Part shown: piece after piece, positions 60,561 through 64,000 of the stretch | Layout of the letters: each line of letters begins with the position of its first letter | Numbering within the stretch: the first letter of the stretch is position 1 | Source: Takakia lepidozioides | Taxonomy: Eukaryota > Plantae > Bryophyta | Length of the DNA: 64,000 nt | NCBI GenBank assembly: GCA_030704615.1 | Contig: CM060732.1 | Span: 5,952,001-6,016,000, forward strand | Direction of reading: 5' to 3' | The notes under the pieces: model-generated | Told to the model about the DNA's origin: nothing | The model's database searches: none | Seen by the model: only the letters and a program-made list of their open reading frames with translations | Program-made: the position numbers and the translations under genes

Positions 60561-63500
60561 CCCTTGATCAACCAATATCCAGCGGTTCACATTTATCCTT
60601 GTTTTCCCATTAGCTCCATTTCCCGTGCTATGTTGAGATCGGGGAGAGGTTCCCATGCTTGAAGTAGCGATTTGTAGCGCTTGATTGCTTTGAGAGTCGT
60701 CTATTGGTGAGACTTCCAGTACAAATAGACATATTTGCCCACATTTGCTGAGTCAAAAAGACATCAATCTTGAATCATTCTTGGCGTTGAAGACTATTCG
60801 TTGAGTTCTAAATCGTACCTCCATACCATGTAGCCTCTAGGGTACTGTCCGCAAACCAGATGCTGTTTTAATTAGAATAAAAAAAGATTATCGACATTAG
60901 GCCATAAACATTTGTGTCCGCTGAGATTCTGTTTGTCCCAGTTGTTAAGTGGGCAGCAAGGTAAATCGTCTACATGAATAAAGGAGTTGTTCCTGAAGAA
61001 GAGTGGGGCTACTGATGCCTCATGAATGTGCGTTAATATGGTTGGGATTGGGAGTGGGAGGAGATTATGTGAGGGGGTGATTTGATGGCTGAGTGTGAGG
61101 GTAATGAGGCATATGTGACGATGAGGAGGGAAAGAATTGGGTTATGGGATGGGTATGATTGGGAGGGTGTGTATGCATGATGTGGTAAGGTGAGTGATTG
61201 GAGACTAGTTGTGTATGTACATGTTGGGGCGAGTGTGGAGATCACCCTTGACTTGGGGTGGGCTGGTACGTGGAAACTGGGACAGGGTAGTGCATTTAGG
61301 GCCAGGAGTGAGGTAACTTGTGGTTGTTTGATGAGGGGCTTAAGTGGGGAACTTAGTTTGTTGTGAGGAGGGGTAAGGTATATGGGTGGGTGAAGGTAAA
61401 AACTGGGGGGCTTCTTGAGGGGTATTGGCTGTGTATTGGTAGTGGCAGGATTGACATATTAAGGATAGGGGCGGATTATAAGGGGGCAGAGGGACCTTGG
61501 GATTGGTCTCTCGAGGTTGAGGGTCATAGCAGAGTTGGGTATCAGAAAGTATGGGCACATTAAATTCACCGCCCTCCGAGGGCACCGTGAGGCAGTGTCT
61601 TTTTGAGGAGGTTGATGGTGGTGTTTGGAAGTGTTTTGATTGGCCTTGTGGGTATAAGAGGTAATTTGGTGGGAGGGATGAGTGACTGAGTTGGGGGGCT
61701 GAGTATAGTATGTTTGCACAATGGATATGTGTTGATAGGTATTAGGATTGAGGTATAGTTGGGATTGAGGATGGCTTGGGAGCCAGTGTAATAAGAACAT
61801 AGGATTGTTAATATGCATAAAAAAAGGCATACCATGTGACATCAACAAGACCAAAATATATGTTGGGGAGCATGAATAGCTAGATGCCCTTGTGTGACGG
61901 GGGGCGTCTCTGAAGCTGGTCATCTGCCAGTACATTGCTATCACTATCATCTGCTGAATTGGGGGATCTACATTGTGGCTTGTGAACAGATTATTGAGGA
62001 GCTGCGTAGCAATCAGGTCAGTAGCAGAGGGGTGGGATTTGTTCAATTCGACGCCCATGATGTTGTTGGAAGATGTCGGAGCAGGCTAGTGGAGCTGGGG
62101 GTAGAGCCAGAATCCGGGTCTGGTGGGGGTCTTCAACTGATATACAAGGAATAGCATGCACAAAGAATAACACAGCCCAGATGTGAGATGAGTCTATGGT
62201 GTGCAAGGGGGGGTGAGAGAAACATTGTGAGGTAGAAGGGGGGGTTGTTGAGTGAAAGAGTAGGGTGTGAGGTTGGGGTATTTGGCAGCATGGGAGCAGA
62301 AGAGTGAAGAACATTGGTGATGGGGCCGGGGGGGTAGTAATCATAGGGGGGTGCATTTGTATGGTGGGGGATAGAGAGTCTGAGTGGGGCAGAGGAGTGA
62401 GAGGGCAGATTGGCTGTAGCAATATAGTATAAGGAGAAGGGAGAGTAGTGGTGTGAGACTAGTGCAATGATGTGAAAAGAAGGGGGGGGGGGGGGGGGAG
62501 AGGTACCTGTTGAGCTGGTGCGTATGCTCGGGTAATATATCGTACCTGGGAGGGGTGGAGAGGAGAGTTGGTGGGGGGGGGGGCTGGAGGCAGTGCCAAT
62601 GGCCCAACCCATCAGGCCAAGCCACCGGCAGCCGAGTACTTTGGTAAATATAGGGGTAGGGATCTGCAGCACAGACCAGGGGAGGGGAGAAAAGAGCTCC
62701 AGGTGTCCCGGGTTAATGCAAAGAAAGTTGCCAGACGAGTATGTAGGCAACAAGGGATTAGTAGGAACAGTAGGAATGAGAGGGGATTTGTAGGAGGTGA
62801 GGTATGATGACCATACCTAGGGATATGGGTGTATAGTGATAACTTGTATGTCGGGTTTAACTTGAGAGGGAATTGGGGGAGTCCACCAGAAGCCCCTGGT
62901 GAGAGATTTGGTCTTGGGGGATTGGGTGTTTTGCAGGCAGCAGGCAGAGGTCAGGCAGGTCCAACATCGCCCAAGCAGCCGATCCAAGAACATGGTTGGT
63001 GTAGCGCCGCCTGAGAATACGATGACTGTGGCAGAGGTGATGAGGGAGCCTGAGCAATAACTGAGGTAGTGTGGTGTAGCTTATCTCGCAACGGGTGCCG
63101 GGGAGAGAAGACCCGGCCATCAGTGGTGAGCTGCTCCCTTGGTAGAGGGCGCACGTGCTCGAATACTACTTCTAGCCGTAGAGAGTGCAACATCCGTAGT
63201 CCGAGTTGTGGGGAGGGGGACCAAGCGGGTGTTGTGGGGTATACAAACCGGTATCATGGGCCCGCTGCAACATCATCTGAGGGGCGCTGTCTGAGTGGAT
63301 GCAACTCCGTATGGTGTTGGCAGTGTAGGACCAGTTACTTTTGAAAAGTAGGTAATAGAGAGGCACCTTAGCTGGTGTGTGTGTAGCGTTGCAGTAGATG
63401 CGTTCCCTCCACTTGATGTGATAGGCCTGGGGCCAAGTATGGTAATCATAGTGAAGCCAGAACATCAGAGATAGTTGACATTGGGTGGCAGATTTACCCC

Positions 63501-64000
63501 CCAGGACATGCCTCATGTTGAAATTGATGGGTTGTAAAGCAACAAAGCAAGAGGAAACTATGCAAATAAACTAGGTGAAAAGCAAGGAGAGCCTTGCTCT
63601 TCTTTTATACTGTTTTTGGTCCTAATAAACTAATGAGAAATATTCATTAAACTATTGTAACATTGAAGGATCTATAGTTTAATATTCAACATGGACAATG
63701 AAAGATGGCTTTTCATCCATCCTTATGGATGACAGGTTGGCGTAGAAAGATCTGCACACGAAAGCGGAGGAGAAGAGAAAGGAAAGACGTGTCCCTGCTG
63801 GGCCTGAGTCGGCAAAGGACGCTGATGCTCTGGAACAATCCAGAAAGGCAGTTGAGATGGCATAGAAGACGGTGGATGGAGCTGTGCAGGCTCAACAGAA
63901 GGGGTCGAAGAAGAGGACTTGCCAGCAAGGAGCAGTAGTTGTGACACCCAAAAAGACGAAGAAGCAGAAATAGAAAGAGCAGGAAGAGGGTGACGAAGAG

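Overview
Eukaryotic, intron-containing plant DNA, most likely from a non-seed land plant such as a bryophyte (inferred from gene and TE content). Three intact spliced host genes are present: an EEF1AKMT4/METTL13-like SAM-dependent methyltransferase (16218-25912, +), an NAD(P)H:quinone oxidoreductase of the FMN reductase family (28359-29430, +) and a hydroxyproline O-arabinosyltransferase of the HPAT/RDN1 family (32599-36456, -). They are flanked by dense, nested, mostly degenerate transposons. Two systems stand out. (1) A Ty3/Gypsy LTR retrotransposon carries a DNMT3-like C5 cytosine methyltransferase in the gag/protease reading frame, upstream of RT (about 10463-11400). (2) Several copies of a Mutator-like DNA transposon family share GAG..GCTA termini; one copy has a 9-bp TSD. 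Its transposase can be reconstructed as GCM-like zinc domain + MULE-type DDE + SWIM. One copy carries a divergently transcribed, spliced ParB/Srx-fold gene, and each subfamily carries phased arrays of its own ~22-bp palindrome, with symmetry-preserving substitutions in copy 1. Also present: a head-to-tail Helitron concatemer in an intron, a Penelope-like fragment, a spliced IS3EU-like transposase fragment, L1 and RTEX-like LINE remnants, and SINE-like repeats. All family assignments are from motif recognition by eye; no searches were run.
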